This document shows positions 25,131 through 38,300 of a stretch of DNA of 64,000 bases, piece by piece. The notes beneath the pieces are model-generated. The model was not told the origin of the DNA and searched no databases. It saw nothing but the letters and a program-made list of their open reading frames with translations. A program made the translations under genes and the position numbers. Each line of letters begins with the position of its first letter. The stretch's first letter is position 1. Source of the DNA: Hemiscyllium ocellatum (lineage: Eukaryota); contig NC_083414.1 of assembly GCF_020745735.1 (NCBI RefSeq), positions 73,532,968 to 73,596,967 on the forward strand, read 5' to 3'.

Positions 25131-26114
25131 GGCATGATTTTTTCCCCTCTGTGGAATCAACGACACTGAGGTGAATTGGCACTGCAGAGAAAGTCACCCT
25201 GTTTTTGCCATTTCACCATGGGTTCTGGATGGGAATATCCAATGGAGATTTTTTTCAACCTGCTTTCAGTTAAATCCCACGTGTAGTCAATTAACTGTCA
25301 ATTCAGAGCCTCAATTCACCATAGGCCTGATCACCTGCCCTAAACTGGACCAATTTAAGGCAGGATTGGGGCAAAGGGATGGCCACTGAATGCCACACTC
25401 CTGTCCTCACCTTTGGCCTCACCCTCCTCTCCTTGTAGCCTTCATCCTGCAAAAAACACTTAGCTTCTTTCCATTTAATGGCTTAAATCCTGATTGTCCA
25501 ACAACAATCTCTGCAGTATCTTGCAGAATGAGATTTCAGTATTGGGGCTCATGATTCTCTGCAAAGCTCTTAAGTGGCTGGAATTTTAATCGTTGAGTTT
25601 TCTTCGTAGATTAGTGGGAGTGAGTCGTCCCTGAAAATGCCCAACTACCCATGCACAGACTGCATTGAGGACTAAAATCTGACCTCAGAAACGAAGTTGG
25701 GTGGAGGAGCAAAGGGGCAGGATCCCAAATTGCTGGAGGCACTGCTGTGGGAATCTGGAAAGGCTGAACAGAAAAACTGTCCAGTCTCAAATTATGTTAT
25801 AAACATACAATAATTGTACTCCCTTGTGAGAGAAAAAAAATAAAAATAGGTGGGAAGGCAAGTGGTGAAGAGACTGCAGAGTTAAGTGAGTGGACAAAAA
25901 CTTGGCAGGTGGAATATATTGCACTTTGGCAGGAAGCATAGAGGAGCTCAATATTATTTATGCAGAGCAGGTTGGAAGGTGTATCTCTCATTTACAGGTG
26001 AATAGCAAGGCATATGTTCAATGGGAACACAAGGGAGAGACAGGCTCCCTGGTAATGTGGGTCCATGGAGAGTAAACATTTGCACAGAGCATGCTGGAGA
26101 TGCTTCTGTTGCCC

Positions 26115-26254
26115 AGTGGGCGGAGCCTCTCTCAGACCTACATCCGGGAACCCATTGCCGGGTGTAACGCCAGCGGATGACGGGGCGTGGACGTCACTTC
26201 CGCCAGACCTATATTTCCCGGCAGGCCCTCCCCCGCGAGCGGCCCTTCTTTTCC
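26115..26254 (+). promoter_or_regulatory. RPL32: RPL32 promoter with TCT/TOP start
   Basis: CpG island; gacgtca overlapping ETS/GABP cacttccg (26190-26202); TATA-like ctatattt 26209-26216, ~30 nt before the pyrimidine tract cccttcttttcc 26243-26254. Confidence 0.8.
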
Positions 26255-26289
26255 GGTGCCCGCTCCGAAGTGGAGTCGCGCTCTCTCAG
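26243..26289 (+). other. RPL32: RPL32 non-coding exon 1 (5' TOP)
   Basis: Starts in the oligopyrimidine tract; donor CAG|gtgagg at 26289/26290. Confidence 0.8.
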
Positions 26290-26618
26290 GTGAGGCCTGC
26301 GCCGGCATCCGGCTCCATCCGCCTCGGGGGTACCGCGGGCTGCCTGCAGGAAGGGTCCCCGGTGCGTGCCCCAGGCTGGAGGATGGTAATCTCCGCGTTA
26401 TTGAAGCGCGGATGGGGGGGCTGTCGGCAGTGGGAGGGCTCGGTGCAGGCTAAAGAGGGACACTGAAGGGGGGAGGTCTGTGAGGGCGGCCTGGCTCCGT
26501 GAATTACCTCCCCCACCCCGCAGTAATACTGTTACATTGCCCCCCTGTAACTGATTGCACCACTCCATGTGCAGGCGCCTGGTGGATCATCCCCAGGGTT
26601 TCCTGTGGCCTGCCCACG

Positions 26619-27668
26619 CTGGGATGGTGCCTGTCCAGCTCCATATACAGGGCGTTAATACAGGGCAGGGCTCTCCATCCTGACCTGCTGGGATGGTGCC
26701 TGTCCAGCTCCATATACAGGGCGTTAATACAAGGCAGGGCTCTCCATCCTGACCTGCTGGGATGGTGCCTGTCCAGCTCCATATACAGGGCAGTGCTCTC
26801 CATCCTGACCTGCTGGGATGGTGCCTGTCCAGCTCCATATACAGGGCAGTGCTCTCCTTCCTGACCTGCTGGGATGGTGCCTGTCCAGCTCCATATACAG
26901 GGCGTTAATACAGGGCAGTGCTCTCCATCCTGACCTGCTGGGATGGTGCCTGTCCAGCTCCATATACAGGGCAGTGCTCTCCATCCTGACCTGCTGGGAT
27001 GGTGCCTGTCCAGCTCCATATACAGGGCAGTGCTCTCCTTCCTGACCTGCTGGGATGGTGCCTGTCCAGCTCCATATACAGGGCGTTAATACAGGGCAGT
27101 GCTCTCCATCCTGACCTGCTGGGATGGTGCCTGTCCAGCTCCATATACAGGGCAGTGCTCTCCATCCTGACCTGCTGGGATGGTGCCTGTCCAGCTCCAT
27201 ATACAGGGCAGTGCTCTCCTTCCTGACCTGCTGGGATGGTGCCTGTCCAGCTCCATATACAGGGCAGTGCTCTCCATCCTGACCTGCTGGGATGGTGCCT
27301 GTCCAGCTCCATATACAGGGCAGGGCTCTCCATCCTGACCTGCTGGGATGGTGCCTGTCCAGCTCCATATACAGGGCGTTAATACAGGGCAGGGCTCTCC
27401 ATCCTGACCTGCTGGGATGGTGCCTGTCCAGCTCCATATACAGGGCAGGGCTCTCCATCCTGACCTGCTGGGATGGTGCCTGTCCAGCTCCATATACAGG
27501 GCGTTAATACAGGGCAGTGCTCTCCATCCTGACCTGCTGGGATGGTGCCTGTCCAGCTCCATATACAGGGCGTTAATACAGGGCAGGGCTCTCCATCCTG
27601 ACCTGCTGGGATGGTGCCTGTCCAGCTCCATATACAGGGCAGTGCTCTCCTTCCTGACCTGCTGGGAT
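26619..27668 (+). repeat. Minisatellite in RPL32 intron 1: 56-bp and 69-bp unit variants, ~17 copies
   Basis: Unit gctgggatggtgcctgtccagctccatatacagggc[gttaatacagggc]agtgctctccatcctgacct. Confidence 0.95.
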
Positions 27669-27778
27669 ACTCTTATATTCATTACTCCTGCTCTGTCTGA
27701 GCCCATACCATCAGCAGCGATTGCCACTTTAACCTCTCCTGAAGGAGCGGCGCTCCGAAAGCTAGTGCTTCCAATTAA

Positions 27779-27889
27779 TGTGGTTCTGCTCGCCGAGCTG
27801 GAAGTTTTTGTTGCAACAAAAACTCCCAGCTCGGCGAACAGAGCCACAACAACGAGCACCCGAGCTACAAATCTTCGCACAAACTTTGA
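27779..27889. mobile_element. 111-bp palindromic Penelope pLTR-derived insertion
   Basis: TSD gcttccaattaa (27767-27778 / 27890-27901); arms 27779-27813 and 27814-27848; same family as the 20975-21782 terminus. Confidence 0.8.
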
Positions 27890-28713
27890 GCTTCCAATTA
27901 AACCTGTTGCAAATTTTCAACTCTGTCCCGACACTGGAATCCCCAAACCAGTTTTAAACCCTCCGTTGCATCGACCAGGAGAGATGAGGGGTTTCCGTTG
28001 AGATGGTGCCAGTGGTGGTTCTGGGCTCCATACGGCGGCACGCGTGTTGACTGTTGTTTGCTTGAACGGTGCACCCTCGCTGCCAGGCACTTCCCTGGTG
28101 AGTTTCCTGTGGCTTTTCCAGGTCCGGCTGGGAGGGCAGAGCAGCAGCAGCAGAGATGAAACCCATTCCGGTTCTAATTCACCTCCGTAATTAGAGGCTG
28201 GAAGAACGATCTGCTAAATGCTTAGGGAAAAAAAAGTAGTTGGCGTCACACGTCTGTTCAGTATCCAAAGCAAAGCAGTTCACTCGAGCAGAAAAACGAA
28301 GTGATGAAGCCACACAGGTCATGTACAGTGTCAGTGTTAAACTTTAATCAATGGTAGCTGTCATGGAACACCAGACAAGAGCATTGCTGAGTGTTAACCC
28401 TGAGGTGGACAGGCACCACCCCAGAGTAGGCAACACCTGGGGACATTCAGTTGGAAAGTTACTGGTTCTGACCTGAACTGGCAGTTAGTTATAGAGAGAC
28501 AATGCAACTATATTATTAAAGCAAAGAGGAATGATCATTCATGGAACCAGGGCATCCTCAGAGACACCCCCTCCACAAGGCTTCTCTTCTCTTTTAAAGG
28601 ATTGCAGGGCCAGGTTACAGTACTGGCATTGGGTGTAAAAGAGTTACCTTTTAGCTGCTATGTCTTTGGAGTCTGACCTCTTCCTTTCTGAATGAAGACT
28701 GGCCTGTAGATGG

Positions 28714-28889
28714 GTTGAAAAGTGTGGTGCTGGAAAAGCACAGCATATCGGTTAGCATCAGAGGAGCAGGAGGAATAAACCCTTCACCATTCCTGATGCA
28801 TCTCTTGCTCCTCAGATGCTACCTGACGTGCTGTGCTTTTCCAATGCCACACGTTTCAACTCTGACTCTCTCCATCTGCAGTCTTCACT
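28714..28889. mobile_element. Degenerate fold-back PLE pLTR mini-element
   Basis: gttgaaaagtgtgg...ccacacgtttcaac inverted arms; homologous to 58144-58345; residual attcctgatg. Confidence 0.65.
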
Positions 28890-29759
28890 GTAGGTGTGGA
28901 GATGAGAAATGTGTGAAGAATAACAATTATCTATCATTGATGTTGATAATGAGGTTGGACAGTCGTGAAGAAGGAGCTGTTTCTGGGTAAAGGTGGATTA
29001 AGAGGAACAAGGAGGGGACAGGGAACATTTGTGACTTTCTGCTGTTTCGCAGCTGACCGACCTGATTTGGCTGGATCGAACAAAGAGTTGCAGGCAAGAT
29101 GGACACTTATCTTTAGAGGATTACTGCATCAGTATTCAGAGTGGTACGGGTGGGTTGGAGCAGCACGATCATTTGCTGGGACAGGGAGATGACTGGTTAG
29201 CTGTTTTGATTTGGTTGAGGAAAAGTGAGAATGGAGGTGGACTGTAACTGGAAGATGCAGACATGAACAATATCAGCCAACCTGGAGGAAGCCGAGAGGG
29301 AAAACTAAAGCGAAAGGTGACTATTTTGAGGCAGGTTATCCATTCAAGGCACGCGAGAATCTCTTTCCTTTTGAGGGTCAGAACACTCTTCTTGAAAAGG
29401 CAGGGAAGTCGGAGTGTTTGAATATTTTTAAGACATAATTGGACAAATGAGCAAGAGTGTGGATGAGAGCTTCCAGTTGGATCTTTAATCCATGATGGAG
29501 CAGGCTTGTGTGCCAATTTGTGTACTAGTACTCCAGTTCACAGAATTAGATCATTGGTGGGTGAACATTGTACCTGACTGTGATGCCCTCCACAGTTGAA
29601 TAACAAATTTTATTTGCAGGACTTCCAGGAAGTCTGTCATCAAACTATCAGCACCAACTGTAGATTCTGGGAGCTGAATCCTAGTCAGTCAGTCAGCTGC
29701 TGTTGATGTGGAGCTGGTGAGTGTGACTGTAACCAGAATGGTTTGTCTCAGCAGGAAGC

Positions 29760-29855
29760 ATGCCAGCCCTAAGACCACTGACCAGGCCTAAAATTGTGAA
29801 AAAACGCAGAAAGAAGTTCATTCGTCACCAGTCTGATCGCTATGTGAAGATTGCG
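29760..29855 (+). CDS. RPL32: 60S ribosomal protein L32 coding exon 1
   Basis: [32 protein letters not shown]; acceptor tctcagcag| (29754), donor GCG|gtaaga. Confidence 0.97.
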
Positions 29856-29979
29856 GTAAGATTTTCACTCCTTTGTCATTTGAACTATTGTTTGTAAACC
29901 TGATAGTTCTTGCACATTTATGACACCAGCTTGGACCTTTGCTTTCTTAAATAGATTGACTGGAAGCCTGTTTCATGCT

Positions 29980-30490
29980 GAGAGAGCTCATACATACAGC
30001 ATGGAAACAGACCCTTCTATCCAAATTTTCCACACTGACCAGACATCACAATCTGATCTAGTCTCATTTGCCAGCACTTGGCCCAGTTCCCTCCAAAGCT
30101 TTCCTATTCATATACCCAAACAGATGCATTTTAAATATTGTAATTATACCAGCCTCTTCCACCTTCTCTGGCAGCTCATTCCATATGCACACTGCCCTCT
30201 GTATGAAAACGTGACCCCTCAGATCCTTTTTCCCCTCTCGCTTGAAACCTTTGTCCTCGAATTTTAGCCTCATCAATCCTAGGAAAAAGACTATGGCTAT
30301 TCACCCTAGCCATGCTTCTCATGATTTTCGTAACCTCTGTAAAACAGCCCCTCAGGCCCCTCCGCTTCAGTGAAAAACTTCTCAGCCTTTCTATAAACTC
30401 AAACCCTACAGTCTCTGCAACGTCCTTGTAAAACTTTACCGCATCCTTTGCAGTTTAATAACATCCATCCTGTAGAAGGGCGACCAAGTG
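29980..30490 (-). mobile_element. CR1 3' fragment
   Basis: KDLRGHVFIQRAVCIWNELPEKVEEAG on - strand. Confidence 0.8.
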
Positions 30491-30544
30491 AGTTGTTGTT
30501 TGACCTGGAGTATTGTCTCGGCCTTTGATACTGGCCCAGTGTAA

Positions 30545-30778
<234 letters not shown>

Positions 30779-30863
30779 TAAGGATTCCTTGTGGAACTAT
30801 GAGATTATTTGGGACTGAGTGCCACGGTGTCATGGTCTGATTGCTGTCCTCTCGGGCAGTTGT

Positions 30864-31885
30864 ACAAAGAACAAAGAAAATTTACAGCCCAGGAACAGAA
30901 CCTTCGGCCCTCCAAGCCTGAGCTGATCCAACTCCACTGTCTAAACCTGTCGGTCAATTCATAAGGATCTGCTCCCCTACTTGTGCATCTGTCCAGACGC
31001 ATCTTAAATGTATCTACCATGCCTGTCTCTACTACCTGTGCTGGCAACGTGTTCCATACACCCTCCACCCTCTGTGTGAAGTACTTGCTGCGTGTTTCAC
31101 TCTTAAACTTTCCACCTCTCACCTTGTAAGCGTGACCTCTCGTTATTGAATCCTTCACCCTGGGAAAAAGCTTGTCTCTATCCACCTGTCTATACCCTTT
31201 ATGATTTTGTAAACCTAATCAGGTCACTCCTCAATCTCCTTTTTTCTAATGAAAACAATCCTTACCTACTCAACCACTCTTCATAGCTAGCATCTTCCAT
31301 ACTAGGCAAAATCCTGGTAAACCTTCTCTGCGCCCTCTCCACAGCGTCCACATCCTTTTGGTAATGTGGCGCCCAGAACTGTACATCATATTCTCAATGC
31401 GGCTGAACCAACGTCTTGTACAACTTTAACATGACCTGCCAGCGCTCATACTCAATACCCATCCAATGAAGGCAAGCATACCATGTGCCCTTTTGACCAC
31501 TCTATCCACCTGTGCAGCAATCTTCAGGGTACAATGGACCTGCACTCCTAGATCTCTCTGCTCATCAACTTTTCTCAAGGCTCTTCCATTCATTGTATAA
31601 TTCGCTGTAGAATTAGACTTGCCTAAATGCATCACCTCTCATTTGTCTGGATTGAAACCCATTTGCCACTTTTCTGCCCAACTTTCCTGTCTATGTATAT
31701 CCTCCTGTATTCTCTGACAGTCCCTTATGCTTTCTGCCACTCCACCAATCTTTGTGTCATCTGTAAACATGCTGATCATACCAACAGTGCCCTCTTCTAG
31801 ATCATTTTATGTATACTACAAGCAACAGTGGCCCCAATACTGACCCCTGTGGAACACCACTGGTCACCTTTCTCCATTTTGAGAA
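30864..31885 (-). mobile_element. CR1 LINE fragment
   Basis: DEQRDLGVQVH, KYFTQRVEGVWNTLP, GVPQGS remnants on - strand. Confidence 0.9.
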
Positions 31886-33114
31886 CTGCAGTGGGGAGTC
31901 CTGGGTCATGTGCATTGGGCCAGAGGAAAAGAGCTGACAATGGCTAGCATGCAGTTTGTTTATTTATTTTAATCATTTCCCTCACATTCCTTGGTACAGG
32001 CTGTCCCTGATTTAGAAACCTTCTACTTACAAACACAATCCCATATATGGGGTTAATGTTAAAGCCCTCATATACAAACATTTTCTGCATTTACAAACAG
32101 TTGCTTTATGTTGAGTTTCTTTGCTTTCCAGCCTGTGTCCAAATCAGCTTTCAAATAGACTCTAGAGCAGAACCTATTCACAACCAGGAACTGCCTGTAT
32201 GTGTATTGTACTCAAAAGACCACCCCAGCTTACTCTGTATCTGTGCCACTAGGTTAGTCCCTTTCCTTTCAGGGCTGCACCTCTTCCCTGAGCCAGTTGG
32301 ATTTAAATCTTTTGAAAGTGAACAACTGAATATTATTCTTCACCATTTTGGACAATGTCATTCAAAGTGTTAATTTTGCTATGCTTGTAAATTAATATTC
32401 TGCGTTTCACTGCTGCTAAGGGGTAACATTACAAAGTAGCACAGGGAAGTTTGCCCTCAGTGCTAGGTTGGGAATATCGTGGATGGAAAAGGTTGAACCA
32501 TCACATCCTCTGGTCATTCTCATTGGTATGTGTTCGCTAACAAAATGAAAGAGTCTGCAGTTAAGGCTCCTACATTATAGCAGTAGCAACCTTTTCAGAA
32601 CAGCATCATTTGCTGTACCTGACAGCGGGCAGGTGTAAAGGCAGCAATCTAAGTGCAGGCTCTGTCTTTGTCCTTTTGGGGCATAGGAGAAACACTGGAC
32701 ACAGTACAGGAGGTATTGTCAGGAATTGCACCTAACATATATAGCTTAGTAGTAACGTGTCAACCTGGTTAAGTTACAAAACCAGGCTATGTGCATGCTG
32801 CTGGCATGCACAATGAGTAACAGACAGAGCGAAGTGATCAGTAGTACACCGTGTGCAAGCCGCACTGCAGAAATTCACCAAAGCTCCTTAGAATGCACCT
32901 CCATGCCTATCACCAATTCCATCTCAAATGGGCAACAGATACATGGGGGCACTGGTTTGAATGGTTTGGAGGAATCTTCTTTTTTCCCTATTGTACTATA
33001 ATAAAAAACAAAATTGTGGCACTGGCAAAACACATGATTGAGGGCCATGGGGAGAGAAAAGTGAGGCAGTCAGATTAGTTTGGGGATTGATACAGGGCAG
33101 TGGGATTAGTTTTT

Positions 33115-33930
33115 AGAGTCAGTTGTACAGCATGGAAGCAATCTTTCGGTCCAACTTGTCCATGCTAACCAGATATCCGAAATTCAGTCTGGTACCATTT
33201 GTCAGCACTTGACCCATATCCCTCTTAAACCCTTCCTATTCATGTACTCATTCGGGTGCCTTTTAAATGTTATGTTTGTGTCAGTCTCCACTACTTCCTC
33301 TGGCAGTTCATTCCGTACATGCACAATCCTCTGCATTGAAAAATTGGCCCTTAGGTTCCCATGAATTACCTTTCCCCTCAGTTTAAACCAATGCTGTCCC
33401 TTCCTTGGAAAGAGACCTTGGCTATTCATCCTGTCCCACATGACTTTGTAAACTTCTGTAAGGTCACCCCTCAGCCTCTTGCACTTCAGGAAGAAAATGT
33501 CCCGGTCTATTCAGCCTCTCCCTTCACCACTATCACTCTAACCCTGGCAACATCCTTGTAAGTCCTTTATGAATTTTTACCAGAGTTGAATGCAGTATTC
33601 CAGAAGTAGCCTAACCAATGTCCTGTACAGCTGCAAAATGACATCCCAATTCCTATACTCACTGACCAGGAAAGGGAACGTGTACCAAATGCTGCCTTCA
33701 CTAACCTGTCTTATCTGTGGCACCATCTTGAGGAATTATAACCTGCACCCAAGGTCTGTTTGTTTGGCCTGGACGCAACCATGAAGTGTGTAAGCATCTC
33801 TCGTTCCTCATCCCATCTGATCAAGGTCCCCTTGTATTGAGAGAACCTCCACTACAGCACACATGTTATTGTTCTTCGTAAACTTACTAAACATTCCTCC
33901 TAAATTCACATCCAAATCATTTATATAAAC
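33115..33930 (-). mobile_element. CR1 LINE fragment
   Basis: NFSMQRIVHVRNELPEEVVE on - strand; CR1 3'UTR. Confidence 0.75.
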
Positions 33931-34358
33931 GATCTTTTGGGGATTGATATAGGGCTATCCAACCGTTCCCCAGTCCATTCTTGCAATGATCCCTGCCCCA
34001 CATTGCTGTAGGAAAACTAATCTGTTCCTCCGCACTTCTGATTTGCATATGGCCATTTGGCCCTTTAATGTTTGTTCTTGCACTTCTAATTGATTGTGTT
34101 CCCTCAGCTTACATGGAAAGACCAACAACCCTCAAGGTAGGGCCTTCCAGATCGTTACAACCTGTTGTGAAGTAAGCCCTCTGGCTTTCCACTAGTTGTG
34201 AAATTGTTTTCTCTGGTTCTGTGGTCACTGCCAACAACGTCTCTCAAGTCTTCAAACCCCCTCCTAATTCAAACTCTGAATTCTGTCCACTGTTTCTCTA
34301 ACTCAGCAAACTCTAGTTCAAGCAACTAGAGGCACCTCTGAAACGTATCCCGCCACGG

Positions 34359-34669
34359 TGGGTGGCACAGTGGTTAGCACTGCTGCTTCACAGCGCCAGA
34401 GACCCGGGTTCAATTCCTGCCTCAGGTGACTGCCTGTGTGGAGTTTGCACGTTCTCCCCGTGTCTGCGTGGGTTTCCTCCGGGTGCTCCAGTTTCCACCC
34501 ACAGTCCAAAGATGTGCGGGTCAGGTGAATTGGCCACGCTAACTTGCCCGTAGTGTTAGGTGAGGGGTAATATGTAGGGGTATGGGTGGGTTGCGCTTCG
34601 GCGGTTCGGTGTGGACTTGTTGGGCCGAAGGGTCTGTTTCCACGCTAAGTAATCTAATCTAATCTAATC
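34359..34669 (+). mobile_element. HE1-type V-SINE, full length
   Basis: A box tggcacagtgg, B box ggttcaattcc, V-domain, (aatct)n tail. Confidence 0.9.
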
Positions 34670-35041
34670 AAAGTAAGCAGCCCTATTTCCCTTCAATGAA
34701 AGCATGCTTTCAAACCCTCAGCCCTATGACGCACTGGTGAATTCTGCCCAGAGCTTCAGCCAAGTCTGTGCTTGAGCTTCATTCAACATTGGTATCATCC
34801 TAAAGCTGGTGTTCATGAGCTGCTTTCTTGAAGTTGAGGGGATCAGTCTTTCAGTTTGTGGTGATTCAGCTTCACTGACTGCAGGCAGAAGAGTTTGGGT
34901 GTGTTGTCTGTATCCTGTCTGTGCCCCTTCTTGGTCAGGTAAGTACTGGGTAACTGATTTGAGGGCCAGCCATTGAGCGACTTGCTGCTTAACCAGTGCA
35001 GGTTTGTGTACAACTCCAAACATGTTTGTTCTTTCTCCTAG

Positions 35042-35171
35042 GACTTACTGTGCTGAGATTGCTCACAATGTCTCCTCGAAAAACCGCAAAACGATTGTGG
35101 AGAGGGCCGCCCAGCTTGCAATCAAGGTCACCAATCCCAACGCCAGGTTACGCAGTGAAGAGAATGAATAG
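35042..35171 (+). CDS. RPL32: RPL32 coding exon 3 (terminal)
   Basis: [42 protein letters not shown]-stop; total 96+182+130=408 nt (135 aa). Confidence 0.98.
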
Positions 35172-35198
35172 TGTGTCTTAACAGAGCTTCATCTCTTT

Positions 35199-35204
35199 AA
35201 TAAA
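35199..35204 (+). terminator. RPL32: RPL32 polyadenylation signal AATAAA
   Basis: AATAAA 27 nt after the stop codon. Confidence 0.85.
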
Positions 35205-35344
35205 ATTTTAAAATGCCAAAACCTTCTGAACTGTTCCTTCAAAAGTGTTTCAGTAAACAGTCCCCACTCAGGTAAAAGCTTTCGTTGCATTACCAGTGAT
35301 TATACAAGTGGTACATGCACTATAAAGCCTTGAGCAGTGTTCAT

Positions 35345-38300
35345 TTTTTTCATAATGTAATTATATTGAAAAAAAATAGACTTTAAATATTACAAGTACA
35401 AAACAATGCAATTCAAAACAGTACAAAAATAAGCCCCAAATTTTTTTTAAATCCCCAATCCACCCTCCTGTACAAATGTGTAAACATGTGTAGAAAAATA
35501 TAAAATTTTTAAAAACCCTGAACTAGCTATTTAACTAAATAAATAAATAACCGACAACAAACAAATAAATAGTAATAACTCAGCCCAGCCAAACAAAACA
35601 CTCATACATTCACAGTTCCTCCTTCCTGGATATTGGACTTGTGAAACACGATCGTTACAGCAATATAAAAGCCCTTGTTAGTGTGGCAGATAAATGTGTC
35701 GTATTGCATATCTAGTAAAATTAATCAGTTTTGTGGTGTACCATATTTGAGAAAATCCATGGGACTATGCTCCATAACAATCTTCTGCCAACCCAACAGG
35801 CCTGGGGGTTTTTGGCTATCAAACCTAGCAAGATATTCTTTCTTGCACAGAACGTGAGAATATTGAAAAGTTTTTTTTTCTTATGCACATCTACTGGAAT
35901 ATAGGTCCAAAAGGGGAGAGATAGGGTCCTTCTCTACCCTTCCTTCCAAAATCCTCTTCGTTGCACCTGCCACAGCTCTCCAAAATGTTTGAAGCCCATC
36001 ACAAGACCAAAGACAATGGGTGAAAGTGCCCGTGCAGACCTTGCACTTGGGGAAATGCTGAAGATTGCCTCTGCCTCTTGTTTAAATTTTGACAAACGGT
36101 CTGGAGCCAAGTGAATCTTGTGGAGAATCTTCAACTGTAAAGCATAGGTCTATTGTAAATTGATATCTTTCTTGCATTCTCGGAGACTTCAACACCCAGC
36201 TCTCTTTCCCACATCTTGCAGAGTGGATCAGACTCAACTGAGTTGGTGCCCCCCCGAATTGATGATCTAAAGTCCTGACAGAGAGTGTACTCTTAGCCCT
36301 TAGCACCCCTCTCCCTATGTCCGGTTTGTAGGAATCATTCAAAAGTGTGGTTTTTTTTTGAATAAAATCCCTAACTTGAAGAAAAAAAAATGAAAGAGGT
36401 CTCTGTTAAATAACTTGTACTTCTGTACTAACTGATCAAAGGACGTCATTGTCTCCCTCAAATAAATTGTACAAACCCCTAGCTGCCCAACATTTAAATC
36501 CTGAATCTATCATACCCAGTTGAAAACCCAGCATAATCACTAAAGGTGTAAACAAAGGTGTTTTGCCAATATTGCCCTCCATGCTTTAACAGTATTGGTG
36601 ACTATTGGGTTATGGCAATATTCCCTAACTGTCCTCACCTTGTCCAAAAACAGCAAACTGGTAAGGGGGCACCTTGCCTGGGAGACTTCGATATCTAGCC
36701 ATATTGAAAGAAGGTCCCCACAAACTCATGTAGGTCAAAAGTGAGCTTAATTGGCAATTTTTAATAGCTGGAAGGTCTACTTCCCCCAGTCTGTGAGGCA
36801 ACTGCAGTTTGGCTAATTTAATGAGGGGCTGCTTATGATGTCAAATGAAGGAGCTGAACCAACCGTTCAGTCTCCTGAAAGTTTGCTTAATGAAAGTCGG
36901 GGGAGCATCCGTATAGGGTATTGCACATGAGGGAGAATATTCATCTTAATACGCGCTATCCGACCCAACCATGAGACTGGAAGTGCCTCCCATCTTTGGA
37001 GATCTTGTTTAATTTTTCCAAATAATTGAGTAAAATTGGCTTTGAACAGCCAATCCAGAACTGGAGTAATGAATATGCCTAAATACACAAACCCCCTCCC
37101 CCCGTGACCACCTAAATGGGAATCTAGTCACTCTCCAGAGCCAACTCCTTTATGAGACAGCCCATAAGCATAGCATCTGATTTAGCAAAATTAATCTTGT
37201 ATCCTGAAAAAGTGTCAAACGTGTGAATGTATTGTATCAGGCAAGGCACTGAAACAGCTGGATTTGTCAAAAAAAATTAGGACACCATCTGCATACAACA
37301 AAATCTTATGTAATTTTGACCCCACGTGGAGCTGATAATGTTGGGATCCCTACGAATGACCTCTGCCAATGGTTCAATCACCAATGTAAAAGGTAATGGT
37401 GAAAGGGGACAGCCCTGCCGGCTGCCCCTAAAAGTGTTAAAATTGCTGGATCGCACCCCATTGGTGATGACCGCCTCGAGAGGTACACCATAGAGAACCT
37501 TTACCCATCTTATGAAGACTTCGCCCAAACCAAACCGCTCTAAAGCACAGAAAAGGCCACTCAACTTGGTCAAATGCCTTCTCTGCATCTAAAGTAATCA
37601 CCAATCCCCGTATTGACTGCTGTTGGATTGCTTGAATTACGTTAAGCAGCCTCCTAATGTTATTGGAGGATCTGCGACTCTTTATGAAGCCCGTCTGATC
37701 CTCTTTAATAATAGAAGGTAACACAGACTCCAGCCTTAACGCAAGAGCCTTAGAGAGGATTTTAAAATCCACATTTAAGAGCGAGATGGGCCTGTATGAA
37801 GCACAGTCTTCCGGATCCTTCCCTCTTTTAAGGATAAGTGAAATATTGGCCTCTCTCAGAGGTGGTGGGAGACAAAGATGACTGTATGAATCATTAAACA
37901 TATTCAGCATCGGGCCAGACAGTATACTTATAAATTCCTTATAGAATTCACTGGGAAGTCCATCTGGACCGGGCGCCTTTCTACTCTGAAGCTGCCTCAC
38001 AGCTTCCTGCACTTCCTGCTCTGATAATGGGGCATTGAGAAAGGACTGTTGTCCAGGAGTCACACCCGAGCTCTTCAGATCTCTAAAAAAGGATTCCATT
38101 TTGGCCTGCCCCTCCTCACAATTCTCAGACTGATATAACTTAGTGTAGAATCTCTGGAACGCCACATTAATCTTTTTAGAATCACATGTTAGGTTCCCAG
38201 ACCCTTCCGGAATTGCTGTAATGGTTTGTGGGGCACTTCACTTTCTGGCAAGGTATGCTAAGTATTTGCCTGGCTTGTCACCATGCTCGTATAGCCTTTG

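Noticed and set aside
26499-28001. Repetitive ORFs and a CRISPR-like appearance
   Set aside because: Head-to-tail tandem units with no unique spacers, no cas genes, eukaryotic intron
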